DNA of 64,000 bases from the human T2T-CHM13v2.0 reference genome, Homo sapiens. The DNA is taken from the NCBI RefSeq assembly GCF_009914755.1, contig NC_060941.1; one strand, given 5' to 3'. The notes below the pieces were generated by a model, which was given only the letters and a program-made list of their open reading frames with translations, searched no databases and had not been told where the DNA came from. Of the stretch, positions 44,655 through 57,769 are shown piece after piece. Positions within the stretch are counted from its first letter, which is position 1; every line of letters begins with the position of its first letter. A program made the position numbers and the translations under genes.

Positions 44655-45265
44655 CAGACTATTGAGGGGCTAGACAACTGATAAGAATACATACATTTAA
44701 AATTCAAATTTAAATATAACTATTGCTCCACCAGAAACATGCTGACAGTCATGTGCTCATCCTTCTTGCTCTGGAATGAAGTCTAGAAGTTCTTAATTTA
44801 CTTTAAGCTTTCCCAATGCTTTTTCTTCTTCTTCGTCTTTTGCACTTCACTTACGAAGGTATCGAGACATATATTTTTCTTAATTTCTAGCAAATAACAT
44901 TTTTTTCTTCTTCTATACCAGTGTAGAAAGGGAAATTAATTAATTGATTAATTCAGTGCATCTCATGGCTGTTAGAAATCATCGGAATCTATAGCAATGA
45001 ATGGTATATCAGAATCTCATTATTTCTTTTTTAAATAAAAACAAATTTGGCCCATAGATGTTGATGAGGATTGTTTTTATGTTAGTTTTACACTCTACCC
45101 CCATAATGATGAGCATATTTAATAATATAAGGCAAAAGCGATCTAACGTATCTTTCAACATTTGTCTTTACAAATGTTACAAACCTCTCTCCTTATAATG
45201 TTATAGGATGGTTACTCTTACAATTACAGCCACGGAAGATTAGCTGGGTTGTTTATTAAAATAAT

Positions 45266-45630
45266 TGTATTAGCATGTTTTCATACTGCTATAAAGAATG
45301 GGTAATTTATAAAGGAAAGAGATTTAATTGACTCACAGTTCCGCATGGCTGGGCAAGCCTCAGGCAGCTTATAATCATGGCAGCAGGCAAAGGGGAAGCA
45401 AGGCACCCACTTCACAAAGCGACAGGAAGAAGTACTGAGCGAAGGGGGAAGAGCCCCTTATAAAACCATCATATCTCCTGAGAACTCACTCACTATCGAG
45501 AGAACAGCATGGAGGAAACCACCCCCATGATTCAATTACCTCCACCTGGTCTTTCCCTTGACACGTGGGGATTATGGGAATTACAATTCAAGATGAGATT
45601 TGGGTGGAAACACAGAGCCTAACCATATCA
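45266..45630 (-). mobile_element. THE1 solo LTR
   Basis: TGTATTAG...CTCACAGTTCCGCATGGCTGGG...AACCATATCA; perfect TSD ATAAT. Confidence 0.93.
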
Positions 45631-48328
45631 ATAATGAATCCCATTCATGCCAATTTCTACTACTACAGATTTCTGAAGAGTATCGTTAGAGCCATTTTTA
45701 CACAGAGCCATGAAAATTATTGTTAACTGTGTTATGACATGGGGTCATTATGCAATCTCCCTTTACAAGAAGTATCTTTAAATTGTTTCCCATAGAGACT
45801 GGCATTTACCACTAATGACTCAGTTTTTCATATTATGAAGAATAAGTAATGCTGATTTGTGTATATTATACGTCAGTTGCTATTATGAATAACTTATGTG
45901 ATTTATCTTAACGAGTCCTCAAAACAGCCCTATAAGAACATCCATATCATTGTTATCTCATTTCGCTGATAAGGAAAATGCGGCACAGAAATACCTATGA
46001 TGTGTCCAAAGTCACAGAGTTAGCACAGGTAAACCAGAATTCATACTCAAGCCCCCTCTTATTCACCAGGCTGTACAATGAATATTTAAGGTACTAGGAT
46101 TTCCAAAAGTCTTTGAGTAAAGAGCAAACACCCATAAAAAAGATAACCCAAAAGCTATTATTAGTTGTACTTCATAAATGCTTGTTATGTAAATGCCTAA
46201 GTAATTGTTGGATAATTTAGAATTCATTCATCAACTTATCAAGCATTGCTTTGGGATCCTGGGTCACAATAATTGGGATGAGGAAAGATAAAAAGGAAGG
46301 AGGGATGGATCTAAAACAAGAAGAGCTCTCTGGAAAGGGGAGAGTTGGCTGGGGAGCCACACTAAAAGGGCTCCTTGAGACAAGCAGAGAGAGGCATAGA
46401 GGACAGTGAATGTCATGTGGCTTTTGGGTGGGATTTGGTGTGGAGAAAGAGAAGGCAGTATGGCGCCAAGAAATTATTTTCCCTCTGGCTAGTCTTTTCC
46501 AACATTATTTTAATTTCTCTTTTAACACTGAAGCACAGTGACAGTATGATATTTCACTTTGAATTTCCAACTAGACCCAAATCTGTTTGCAACTCTAAAG
46601 CCATAGAAGAATGTTTATTTTACAAAATTAAATGTGAAAGGTGTTTACTTTGCCTACAAGATGGTGCGACTTGGGCGCCGACATGACTAGTTAAATAACT
46701 GGAACTTATCTGTTTAAAAGATTTAGTTTCTAATCAAAATGTACAATGCAAGTTCTATGGATTTTTTGTGGGTTCCCTTATTCAGTATATACTCTTTTGA
46801 AAAACATTACTGTAATTCTTTGAGTTCTAGCACCAGAGGAATTACACTGTTTACTAAGTGTTTTGATTTTTCAGCATACTGAATCCTTGGAAAAAAAATT
46901 TGAAAGTACGATTTTTTTCCCTTATGCCTATCAAAGAGAATCCAATATAAAGACTCTTCTAGAGTGGGTTTTTATTTCTTAGATCATCACTTTTTGAACT
47001 TTTCAGTTCCAGTTTCACTTTCCCTGAAAACATTTTTACGATAGAGCAAGTTCGTAACAACTAGCTTTGTAAGGTGGAAATTTTTTGCAAGAGCTGATTA
47101 CAATGTTTACGTAAATTGCTTCAAAGTTTGGCAGCTCTCTTTCTAGAGACAGGGACTCTTCCTGTTATTATTTCTCCAAAATGTGCTTGACATTCTGATT
47201 TTGGATTAAATAAACAAAATTCCTACGCTGAATTCTGACATGTCATAAGCTTGACAGTGCTAAATTACCTTTCAAAAGCAGCGAATGTTTCAGCCTGTTT
47301 TCTTTAAAAAAAGAAAAAAGTACCAATTTCTTAACTGCTGAAAAAGAGCAGAGCTCACATCAAGTGTGACTCATGATAACAAATGTGATGCCTCTCTCCC
47401 TCTTCCCTCTGCCTCTTCAAAGATTGATCAAGTGATAGTGATTTTCTGAGTCAAAAGTGTCATACAATTCTTAAGTGGAAGAGAAGGGAGGGTTTGGCTT
47501 AATTCTTTATGATAATTCAGCCAATCACTCCAAGAATGGGAGAGAATAGTATTCACAAGTGTAAAGTATAATGATATTACAATGTATGTACCAATCATCT
47601 CCCACCAATTTATTCCTGTTTAAGCAGTTAGCAGAATCAGTAAAATTCGTAACTCAAGAAAAAAAAAATGGGTTGGATTAAATACTATAGTAGTCTAGCT
47701 GCTCTGAGCTCAAGTCTCCAGGACAGAAATACACCTATGTGGCAAATAGTGAAACTAATTTCCCTCACTGCCCTCTCTACTATTCTGTTTAGAAATCTTG
47801 ACTGCTGTTCTAATGGACAGGTGCTTTCCTGCTCCTAATAGTGGGAAGTGATGTGATGGCTTAGGAATGAAATTTAAGTACACCTCTCCGAACTCTGGGA
47901 TGGGTGGATGATAATCTTCATAAGTAACTGAAGCCACCTAAGAGGCCTGTCCCTACTGTAAACAGAAGTCATTTTTGCCCTTGTTGTAAAGAACCCACTT
48001 TGTTTAATGTTAAGAGGTTGGTGTGTTTAATCTGACCTTTGATTTCAAAGATTGGGCATGGAACATAAATATGCTCTATCTAATTTAATATCAACATGAC
48101 CACATTTTAATTCTGCTGTATAATTAACACAATTCCAATATTTAACATTCAACCAATGCCTCCTGAGTACCTGCTGTATGCCAGTTACTGGGCTGGACCC
48201 TACTGGCAAATACATAGGTAACTTAAACATAATGGCAACCTGAAGAGTCTGGGTGGATGTCCCTTCCAGAACATACTAGATGACTCATGGATCACAAGCA
48301 GAGAAGGGACTTGGTCTTTGGTATAGAG

Positions 48329-48729
48329 CAGTAGTTCTTAACAGTGTGGGGGGCACTCTGTCCAACAGAGGGTTATTTGGTAGCATCTAGAGGCATTTTG
48401 GATTGATTGTCACAATTGGAGGGAAAAAACCTGTGCTACTGGTATCTAAGTGGGTAAAGACCAATGGATTCCCTGTATCTGAGTAAAAATGTAATTTTTT
48501 GGAAACAGTCCATCCATCAAAACGATGCTTAATGACCCTAGAGGGATGTGAATCAGTATTACATCCATCAAGCTTCACTCTTCTGCAATAACTGATTTGT
48601 ACAAAAGCTAGTGTTGTTCATCAGTAACTCCGTAAATATTCTACCATGCACAGGAAATCCGCCCCCCTACCCACCATAATAAAGAATGATCTGACGCCGA
48701 ATGTTAGTAATGGTGAGGCTGAGAAAACA
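48329..48729. mobile_element. MER20 hAT MITE split by a 169-bp insertion
   Basis: GCTACTGGTATCTAAGTGGGTAAAGACCA | insert | TAAATATTCTACCATGCACAGG...GGCTGAGAAA. Confidence 0.85.
48467..48635. repeat. Inverted duplication B, inserted copy
   Basis: Ungapped reverse complement of 50877-51045, 15 mismatches in 169 nt by manual count. Confidence 0.96.
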
Positions 48730-49019
48730 CATACACACACACACACCCTCTATAAATAATGAGGGTGGGGTAGAAAAGAATTTTTAGTATTTCTCCACAG
48801 ATCTTTGAGGGCAGAAGAGATTACATTTGCATGGGGACAGCATCAAGTATAATTGAGAAGTCTTTGTGCTGAAGAACGTTTTCTAAAGGTCTTGCCCTCT
48901 GTCTTTAGGGACTACACTGTTACAAATGAGACATACCCACAATCCAGTCCTGAAGAGTAGCAGTATTTTGGGCATGTGCTTCCAAGGGTTAGTAGATGGT
49001 GTGGATGCTGTTATTGTTT

Positions 49020-49800
49020 TATTAAGGGCTAGTGCTAACCACTGTTCTACACACTTCTAATATTAACTTCACAAATCCATTAGTGAAGTGGGTACTATTA
49101 TTATGCCTGTTTTTATAGATGAGAAAATTGAAGTGTAGAGTGCTTAATTAGTGGCCCTATGGTAACCCAGCTGTAAGGGGTAGAGCCTTGATTTTAACCC
49201 CAGGGGTTTAGCTTCAGTCTTTATTGCTAATTGCAAATAGCCAAACTGCCGCTTCCTATGTCACCTGTTGAAATTTTACTCCGTCTCAGCTGTAGTTCAG
49301 GTATGTGACCTTAGACAAGTTATTCTCTGTGCCTTATTTCTATCATGTCCAAGATATATATACTATTCTATTTCAGTTGTGGTTGGATTTAAATAAGTTA
49401 GTGTGTGTAAGCATTTAAAACGGTGCCTAGAACAGAGAAATGTCTTAGTAAATTTTATCATAATGATGATATTGATTCTTCCCTATGGCATGTGCATCTT
49501 AAGACAGCACGTCTTCTTAAGACAATAGTAGGAAAAGTACAAACAGCTTTTAGAGCCAAATAGAGTTTATCCATACCCTTTCATTATCTGTAATTGGCTA
49601 TGTGACTTCGACCAATGTAAGAAGCTCTCTAGGCCTTATTTTTGTTTGTTTTTGTTTTTAACTTGCTAATTGGGAAATGACCTTTTGGACAAAACAAATA
49701 CAATTTTTCTTTCTGTGAAGAGTCATAGTACAGTATCTGATATAAAGAAGAATAAATCAAAAGAAATGAAGCATTAAGCACTTTGAGCCATTAGGAAAAC
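49020..49800. mobile_element. Three adjacent MIR fragments
   Basis: TTTTATAGATGAGAAAATTGA; TGTGACCTTAGACAAGTTA; GCTATGTGACTTCGACCAA cores. Confidence 0.65.
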
Positions 49801-49877
49801 ATACATTTATATTAGCTTTGCTACTGTTACCTGATTTATGTTATTTAAGTGTATTTTGTCCTTTTGTGAAATTATCT

Positions 49878-50270
49878 CATCTTGGATCGTCTTATGCTGC
49901 TATAATGGACTACCATAGACTGAGTGATTTATAAAGAACATAAATTTATTCCTCACAGTTCTGGAGGCTGGGAAGTTCAAACTCAAGACACCAACATCTG
50001 GTGAGGGCCTCCTTGCTATGCCCTCCTCACATGGCAGAAGGCAGAAGGACAAGTGGGGATAAACCCAATGTCCTCACATGGCAGAAAAGTGCTTGAGAGA
50101 AAACCCACTCCTGCAAGCCCTTTTAATAGTAGCATTAGTTCATTAATGAAGGTGGAGCCTTGATGAAGATTTAACACCTTCCATCAAGCCTCACCTCCCA
50201 ATACTGTTGCACTGGGTATGTATTCAGTTTCCAACACATGAGTTTTGGGGAACACACTCAGACCATAGCA
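49878..50270 (-). mobile_element. MSTC/MSTD/MLT1A-type LTR
   Basis: CTCACAGTTCTGGAGGCTGGGAAGTTCAA; CAGACCATAGCA end. Confidence 0.85.
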
Positions 50271-50353
50271 TCTCTGTTAGGAGGATATTACCCTCTGTCC
50301 TTAGATAGCCAGTGGGTGATCACTAAGAAGTTTTGAATGATACTGGTAAATGC

Positions 50354-50356
<3 letters not shown>

Positions 50357-50396
<40 letters not shown>
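50357..50396. repeat. (GT)20 microsatellite
   Basis: Uninterrupted GT run. Confidence 0.97.
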
Positions 50397-50398
<2 letters not shown>

Positions 50399-50876
50399 TT
50401 GCAAACATGAACACACATGTGCATATAGAAAACCAAAGAACAGCAAAGACTTGGACCTTCCTTGTCTGCTTGAGCCTATTGGAACATTCCCTTTCAGCAG
50501 CCCAGAAGATGGATTGATGCAAGGCTGGCCAGCGGAAAACTGGTTCTGGTGAGTGGTTTGAGCATAATGGCTATCAGAGGATCCAGTTGGTTTAGTTGAA
50601 AACTGGGAGTATATAAAAACATTATCTTCAGCTTTTATTGACTAAATTATTGCCCATAACTAGTACTTGTCCTATTTTCAATTACTAATATTTTTCTACA
50701 ACTTGTTCCTTTATACACTATGGCTTCTTGCTCTTTAAAGACATTTAAATAGAACTCTCTCTCTCTGAAGATGTGTCCCCAGTCAAGCTCCTTTTTAGGA
50801 AAGCAAACATTGATTATCATTGATTAGGATGGAAACGTATGACTTGGAGTCAGCATGATACAGAATTGAAAGACAC

Positions 50877-51045
50877 TTAGGGAGTTATTGATGAACAACA
50901 CTAGCTGTTGTACAAATCAGTTATTGCAGAAGAGTGAAGATTGAAGGCTGTACTATAGATTCATATCCCTCTAGGGACATTAAGCATCATTTTGATGCAT
51001 TGACTGTTTCCAAGAAATTACATTTTTACTCAGATACAGGGAATC
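50877..51045. repeat. Inverted duplication B, probable donor copy
   Basis: Reverse complement of 48467-48635, in apparently unique sequence. Confidence 0.96.
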
Positions 51046-51224
51046 TGTTCTAAGAAGGTTGGCTTATAGGATCAGTCCTTGTTATCTTTTGATTATTATT
51101 GATTCATGCTGATTTTGTTTGAAGCCTGAGATTCCTTCATCCGATTTTAACAAATTTCTTCTGCTTTTTCTAGAAGAGGAAAATTTATTTATTTATTTAT
51201 TCTATTCCCATCCATATGGGTTTG

Positions 51225-51427
51225 CAGGGGTGTCCAAGGGAGAGAATACAGTCATTAGTTCTTAGTTTCTGTTTTTGGTTGAGCCACTATAGCCCCTTCC
51301 TCATCCCTCTTTTCCATTTATCACTAGAAATGGAAACTAAACACCATGGCTTTAGGCTGCTAAAAGCCTAAAACAAAACAAAACAGAAAAACAACAATAA
51401 AAAAATAAAGCAGTTTGGACAAACTTG
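51225..51427. mobile_element. MER107-like hAT-Charlie MITE
   Basis: Termini CAGGGGTGTCCAA ... TTGGACAAACTTG, ~200 bp; family name from recall. Confidence 0.65.
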
Positions 51428-51553
51428 GGTGAAAATCTATGAATTAGCTCTGTGGTATATTTGGTGCACGTTGAGTAAATAAAGCACTTTGGACAAACTT
51501 GGGTGAAAATCTATGAATTGGCTCTGTGGTATATTTGGTGCATGTTGAGTAAA
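51403..51553. repeat. 74-bp tandem duplication
   Basis: AAATAAAGCA.TTTGGACAAACTTGGGTGAAAATCTATGAATT.GCTCTGTGGTATATTTGGTGCA.GTTGAGT present twice. Confidence 0.95.
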
Positions 51554-52054
51554 GTAGACACCATATCGTGCAGCTTCTAACTAGTTAAAGGTGATATCAA
51601 TGGATGGAATAGTACAATACAAAAGGGGGATTTGAATTTAGAAGTCTTGGTTTCCTTTGACCATGTTTCCTTTCCTTTGTTTTACAATCCTTGAACTGAT
51701 TCTACTTCTGATCCTGGTAAGGAATCACAGAAGACATTACACTCAAGGCAGGTGCTCAGAGCTTCACATTTTCTTTACAGGATGGGTTCTTGCGTCTGCT
51801 AAAACTATAATTGTCACTGATTTTCTAACTTCCTCTAAAAGTCTGAAGATGAATGGTCTCAATCCCAATTGCCAGCAGAAGTCCAAGTCCCCTGATATCC
51901 ATTACCATCTTGTATGTGTATGCCTCTATCTCCCTTGGTTCTATCACTCTTCCAACCCTCCCACTCTGACCTTTGAAATCTTATACCCTGCCACGAGTAA
52001 ATACTCCAATAGGTTAATCCTTTTATCTAAAAATTCTTCTCATCTTGCTTTAGC

Positions 52055-52243
52055 ACAAATGCTTTGTAAACTTATGCATCTCCAGAATCACCTGAATGCT
52101 TGTTAGAGCACAGGTGAGGGTCTCCACTCTCAGTCTCTCTGATTTAGTAGGTCTGTGGTAAGGACCTAGAACTGGCATTTTCCTCAAGTTCCCAGGTGAT
52201 GCTGATGCTGCTGGTTTTGGGACCACACTTTGAGAACCATTCC
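52055..52243. mobile_element. MER5A hAT MITE
   Basis: CAGAATCACCTG...CAAGTTCCCAGGTGATGCTGATGCTGCTGG...ACCACACTTTGAGAACCA. Confidence 0.85.
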
Positions 52244-52253
52244 TCTATTAGAA

Positions 52254-53640
52254 ACTGGTACAAAAACAGGCACATAGACTGATGGGACAGAATGGAGAGC
52301 CCAGAATAAGGCCACACATGTACAACGATCTGTTCTTCAACAAAGCTTACAACTACAAGCATTGGGAAAAGAATACCCTATTCAATAAATGGTGCTGGGA
52401 GAACTGGCTAGCCATATGCAGACGACTGAAACTGTACCCCTTCCTCAGACCATATACAAAAATCAAATCAAGGTGGATTATAGGCTTAAATGTATACACC
52501 TAAAACTAAAAAAAAAAAAAAAACCCTGGAGAACAACCTTGGCAATGTCATCCTGGACGTAGGAACAGCCAAAAATACCAAGTGGAATCACAATGAAAGC
52601 AAAAATTGACAATTGTGATCTAACTAAAGAGTTTCTGTAAAACAAAAGAAACAATCAAAAGAGTAAACAGACAACCTAGAGAATGGGAGAAAATATTCCC
52701 AAGCTATGCATCTGACAAAGGTCTAATATCCAGTATCTATAAGGATTTAAACAAATTTACAAGGGAAAAACAAACAATTCCATTAAAACTTGGACAAAGG
52801 ACATGAACAGACACTTTTCAAAAGATGGTATATCATGCAGCCAACAAGTATATATATTAAAAAAAACAGTTCAAACCACTGATCATTAGAGAAATGCAAA
52901 TCAAAACCACAATGAGATACCATCTCATACCAGTCAGAAGGGCTATTATTAAAAAGTCAAAAAATAACAGATGCTGGTGAGGTTGCAGAGAAAAGCGAAT
53001 GCTTATACACTGTTGGTGGGAGTGTAAATTAGTTTAACCATTCTGGAAGACAGTGTGGCTATTTCTCAAAGAGCTAAAAGCAGAAATATCATTTGACTCA
53101 GCAATCCCATTACTGGGTATATACCCAGAGGAATATAAATAATTCTCCCATAAAGACACATGCACGTGAATGTTCACTGAAGTTCTATTCGCAATAGCAA
53201 AGACATGGAATCAACCTAAATGCCCATCAATGACAGACTGGATAAAGAAAATGTGGTACATATACACCATGGAATACTATGCAGCTATAGCAAAAACGAG
53301 ATCATGTCTTTTGCGGGAACATGGATGGAGCTGGAGGCTATTGTCCTTAGCGAACTTATGCAGGAACAGAAAACCAAATACCACATGTTCTCACTTATAA
53401 GTGGGAGTTAAATTATGAGAACATAAGAACACAAAGAGGAAACAACAGACACTGGGGTCTACCTGAAGGTGGAGGGTGGGAGGTGGGAAAGGAGCGAAAA
53501 ATACAACTGCTTGGTAGGGGGTTTAATACGTGAGTGATGAAATAATCTGTACAGCAAACCCCCATGAGAGGAGATTACCTATGTCACAAACCTTCACATG
53601 TACCCCCAAACATAAAATAAAGCCTTTTTAAAAAAAAAAA
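52254..53640 (+). mobile_element. Older primate L1 (L1PA/L1PB) 3' 1.4 kb
   Basis: ORF2 remnants [19 protein letters not shown] and WNQPKCPSMTDWIKKMWYIYTMEYYAA, 3'UTR and A tail. Confidence 0.93.
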
Positions 53641-53649
53641 TAGACTTAG

Positions 53650-53926
<277 letters not shown>

Positions 53927-54270
53927 AAATAGACTTAGCTCCCCCAAGGATACTGTCTTCCCTACATGCCTCTCAAATGGTGGCTATTGCTCCATTCACT
54001 AACCAAGTACAACTATAACGTAAAATGATTTTGGTGTTTGCTTGGCTTCTGACAGCTGTATCTGTACACCTGTTCCCTTCTTCCTCAAAATATCCTCAAA
54101 AGCCATCAGATTATTCCACCTACAATGCTTTTTATGGTGATTATTTAATAAGCTTTCTACTATTCTCTTTTTCTCGTTGAAAAATTTTAGCATCTGGCCA
54201 ACTGTCTTTCTTTTTTCTATTATGCTTGCCAACATTCTTGGTGCCTTCACCATCTATATGGATGACCCAA

Positions 54271-55066
54271 TGATACCGGAATGGGGCAGGGAAGGGCTGG
54301 GTAGAAAATGGTGGGGTCCCTGGTAAGGGCTCCACCTTCGGTCCTCTGCCCACAGACGTAAGTGAGAACAGGCACTCCTGTTTTCATGCTGAAATGTTGC
54401 ACTTTCCAAGACCACTCTGGTCTACCATGCCCCCCCATCCTGTGCCCATAAAAACCTGAGACCCTAGTGGGCACAGACACAAGTGGTGGGACATTGAAAG
54501 GAGCAGAACAACACACTGACAGACACCAGCAGACACCAGCAGGCCATCAACAGTGGGATGATGCAGAATTCAGTTGGGGTTGGTTGGAGGAGAATCTGGC
54601 CACTGAGCAGCCCGACTCCAGGGGAAGACGACCTTCCCACTCCATCCCCCTTCTGGCTCCCCATCCGCCTCACTGAGAGCTACCTCCACCACTCAGTAAA
54701 ACCTTGTACCCATCCTCCAAGCCTATGTGTGATCTGATTTTTCCTATACACTAGGGAAAGATCCCCAGGATACAGAAAGCCATCTGTCCTTGCTATAAGG
54801 CAGAGGGTCTAACGGAGCTGACTCACACAAGCTGCTTGAAGATGGCAAAACTGAAAGAGTACACTGTTAACACACACCCACTGGGACCTCAGGAGCTGTA
54901 AGCACTCAACCCTAGATGCTGCTGTGGGGTTGGAGCCCAAAAACACTCCCCACGACTGCCTGTCTGCATGCTCCCCCTAAGGGCTTCAGCAGCAGGGCAC
55001 CTAAGAAGCGAATCACACCCCTGTTGCATGCTCTGCGAGGAGTATGAGGCAACTCCATCCATTTTA
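54271..55066 (+). mobile_element. ERV1 solo LTR (MER50-like)
   Basis: TGATA start, CCCATCCTGTGCCCATAAAAACC TATA-like region, ~800 bp, 4-bp TSD CCAA. Confidence 0.8.
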
Positions 55067-55409
55067 CCAAGACCCTATCACTACTTCTCTATCACTCCAC
55101 CCACCTTACTCTCCTCCTCACACAGCTTAGAAACCAGACTTTAAAACTTCCTTGACCCTCTTTTCAAGAAAACCTTCCTAGATTTTCCTAGCAAATGCTA
55201 ACCTGGCAAAGCCCAACTCTACCTCTTCTGGGCCTGAACTCAAAAGGCCTTACACACTGGAAACAAAACAAAACAACGCACAATGCTGCCAGTTTTCATG
55301 TTACATATATGATTTTTTTAAAAAACTGCAATGTGCTTACAGCACAATTATAATGCAATTCTCCAGCATAGCAACCAATAACTGGGTAGGAGTTCCAGAG
55401 GAGCTAGAA

Positions 55410-55670
55410 GTCTCAGATAAGTGGTTGCAAGGGTGAATACTGGAGTCTAACACATCTGCGTCTAAACTTGTCTCCGACTTTCACCAATTGAGTGGCCCGG
55501 GGCAAGATACCTAAACTTCTTACAGCTTTGTTGCCTAATCAAGAAAATGGGGAAATGATAGTTTACGCTTAATAAGCTTTTTTGTGAACATGATATGGTA
55601 TCAAGTATTCAGCATATTTGCCCAGCTACTAGTAAGCACTTGGTAAATACTGGCTAGTATTATTATCATA
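55410..55670. mobile_element. MIR
   Basis: GGGCAAGATACCTAAACTT...AAAATGGGGAAATGATAGT core. Confidence 0.65.
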
Positions 55671-56828
55671 TGCTATTGAACTTTAAAACCATACCTTAAT
55701 TTTTACCAAAGTAGAAATGATTTTTGAATATAAGGTAAAAGTTAAGCTCCTCCTATATGTTTTGTTTAACAAGAGCAATTCCTATAAATGATGTGTGAGT
55801 GTGTTGTCACAACATGAATCAAATTGGCTAAATTATTCAGTTATTTGGATGTTCTGTAAACCTAAACTTTACAACTTGATATTTCAGGAGAATCAGCCTA
55901 TCAGAACATATATGAATGCATCTCTTGGAATAATTAATTGTTTTTCAAGAGCAGCCATTCCTTTTTCCCCACCTTCTAGCAAAGAGATCAAATGAGAACA
56001 ATTTGGAGGAAGCAGTAACACACTAATAAGTCTTCACTTTATGAGTTAATAATTTCTGGTTTCCTTAACAACCATTAGGAGCACATTCATGAACTGCAGT
56101 CAAATCATTAAGAAGAGAGCTAACAACAGGTGTGAGGCTTGTTTCTAGAATTCAGTTCATCATAGATGCAGTCAGCTTATTTTTAAGTCAATTAATTAAT
56201 GACATAGGAAAAGGGGACGAGAAGAGGCTTAGTGGCAGCTAAGAGTAGACAGAGGACTGGTAGGAATATTTTTTAAAAATATATCAGAAAAATAATTTTC
56301 TAAAACCACTAAAGTGCAAACCACAGTTAAAATGACAAAGGGTCGCCTTTGGGAAATTCCCATTAGTAAAGCAAAGAGAAATGTGAAGAGGTAATGATTA
56401 CTGATAATGGCCATGACCTTACTAATGTCTGTTTTCCCATCTGTCTCCAATGCCAGGAAACCATATAAACATCTAATTATATTAAGTTTAATGTCTTGAT
56501 AAAAAGCCCTTGCTTATTCTTTGGTACTCTTGGAGAGCAAACATTTTGAGCAAAGGTTATTATAAAATTGAGATCAATATGGCTATTTTATTAAGCAGTT
56601 TTTCTCCCCAGCAACAGATCCTTTTTTTAAAAAAAATTACCAAGTGACAATATTAATGAGGTTTAAAGTATTACCATATTCTAATTTATAGGTATGATGT
56701 GAAAAATTCCTGCAAGGTACAAATACTTCCTTTAGTCCCAAAACAAAAAGGAAAATAACATGGCCAGGAAGAAAATGATGAGGTAATGGCAGAGAAGCTA
56801 ATGAAGGAACTTACATTCAGAACAAACC

Positions 56829-57129
56829 TTTTATTTTTTTATTTTTTTTTTTTTGAGACAGAGTCTTGCTCTGTCGCCAGGCTGGAGTGCAGTGGCGCGA
56901 TCTTGGCTGCGACCTCCACCTCCTGGGTCCTGCCTCAGTCTCCCAAGTAGCTGACACTACAGGCACGTGCCACCAGGCCCAGCTAATTTTTGTATTTACT
57001 TATTTTTTTTCAGTAGAGATGGGGTTTCACCATGTTGGCCAGGATGGTCTTGATCTCTTGACCTTGTGATCTGCCTGCCTTGGCTTCCCAAACTGCTGGG
57101 ATTACAGGCGTGAGCCACTGTACCCTGCC
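56829..57129 (-). mobile_element. AluSc-like with internal deletions
   Basis: GTCGCCAGGCTGG and GATCTCTTGACC; TSD AGAACAAACC. Confidence 0.92.
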
Positions 57130-57769
57130 AGAACAAACCATTTTTAAAGCTACTGCAGAGTAAGAAATGGGTGCCAGGAATTGGAAAGGTGTTTGAGAAA
57201 ATGATTTTCATATTCGTAAAATGATTTTTATACATATAGCAATCCTCTTATTCAGTTATAAACATGTTTTATATTATTTTTTCAAGTGCCCTGAATATAT
57301 TAAATCAATGTAATTCTAGCTTAGCTGGGCTATTGGTGTCTTTTGAAGCATGTTCTTATATCATAGGATTTTTGCAAGGGATAACACGGTAATGTACGTG
57401 AGTGATTGAAACAATACCTGGTATAAATGAAGTGTTCAATAAATGTTATTAAAAATAACTATCGTCATCACTGTGAGCAATATGTATGTCCTGGCTTATC
57501 AGATAAACCAATTACCAGCTTTTAAAATATATGTAGATGGATTTTCCCTTAGTGAAGACACTATTAAATTTTTTTTAAAGAGACTTAAGTGGGGACTTGT
57601 CTAACACATAATAAACTATTCCATAGAGCTGGGATGGAAGAAAAGATAAAGAAGCAGAAAAAAGTAACAGATTGTGCTGCTGAGAGCTAATAGTGACAAC
57701 ACTGGTTTTTCGTGTTTCAAAGAATGCTCGATGGGATCTGAAATCTTTAGAAATAGAGCACTCATTGTT

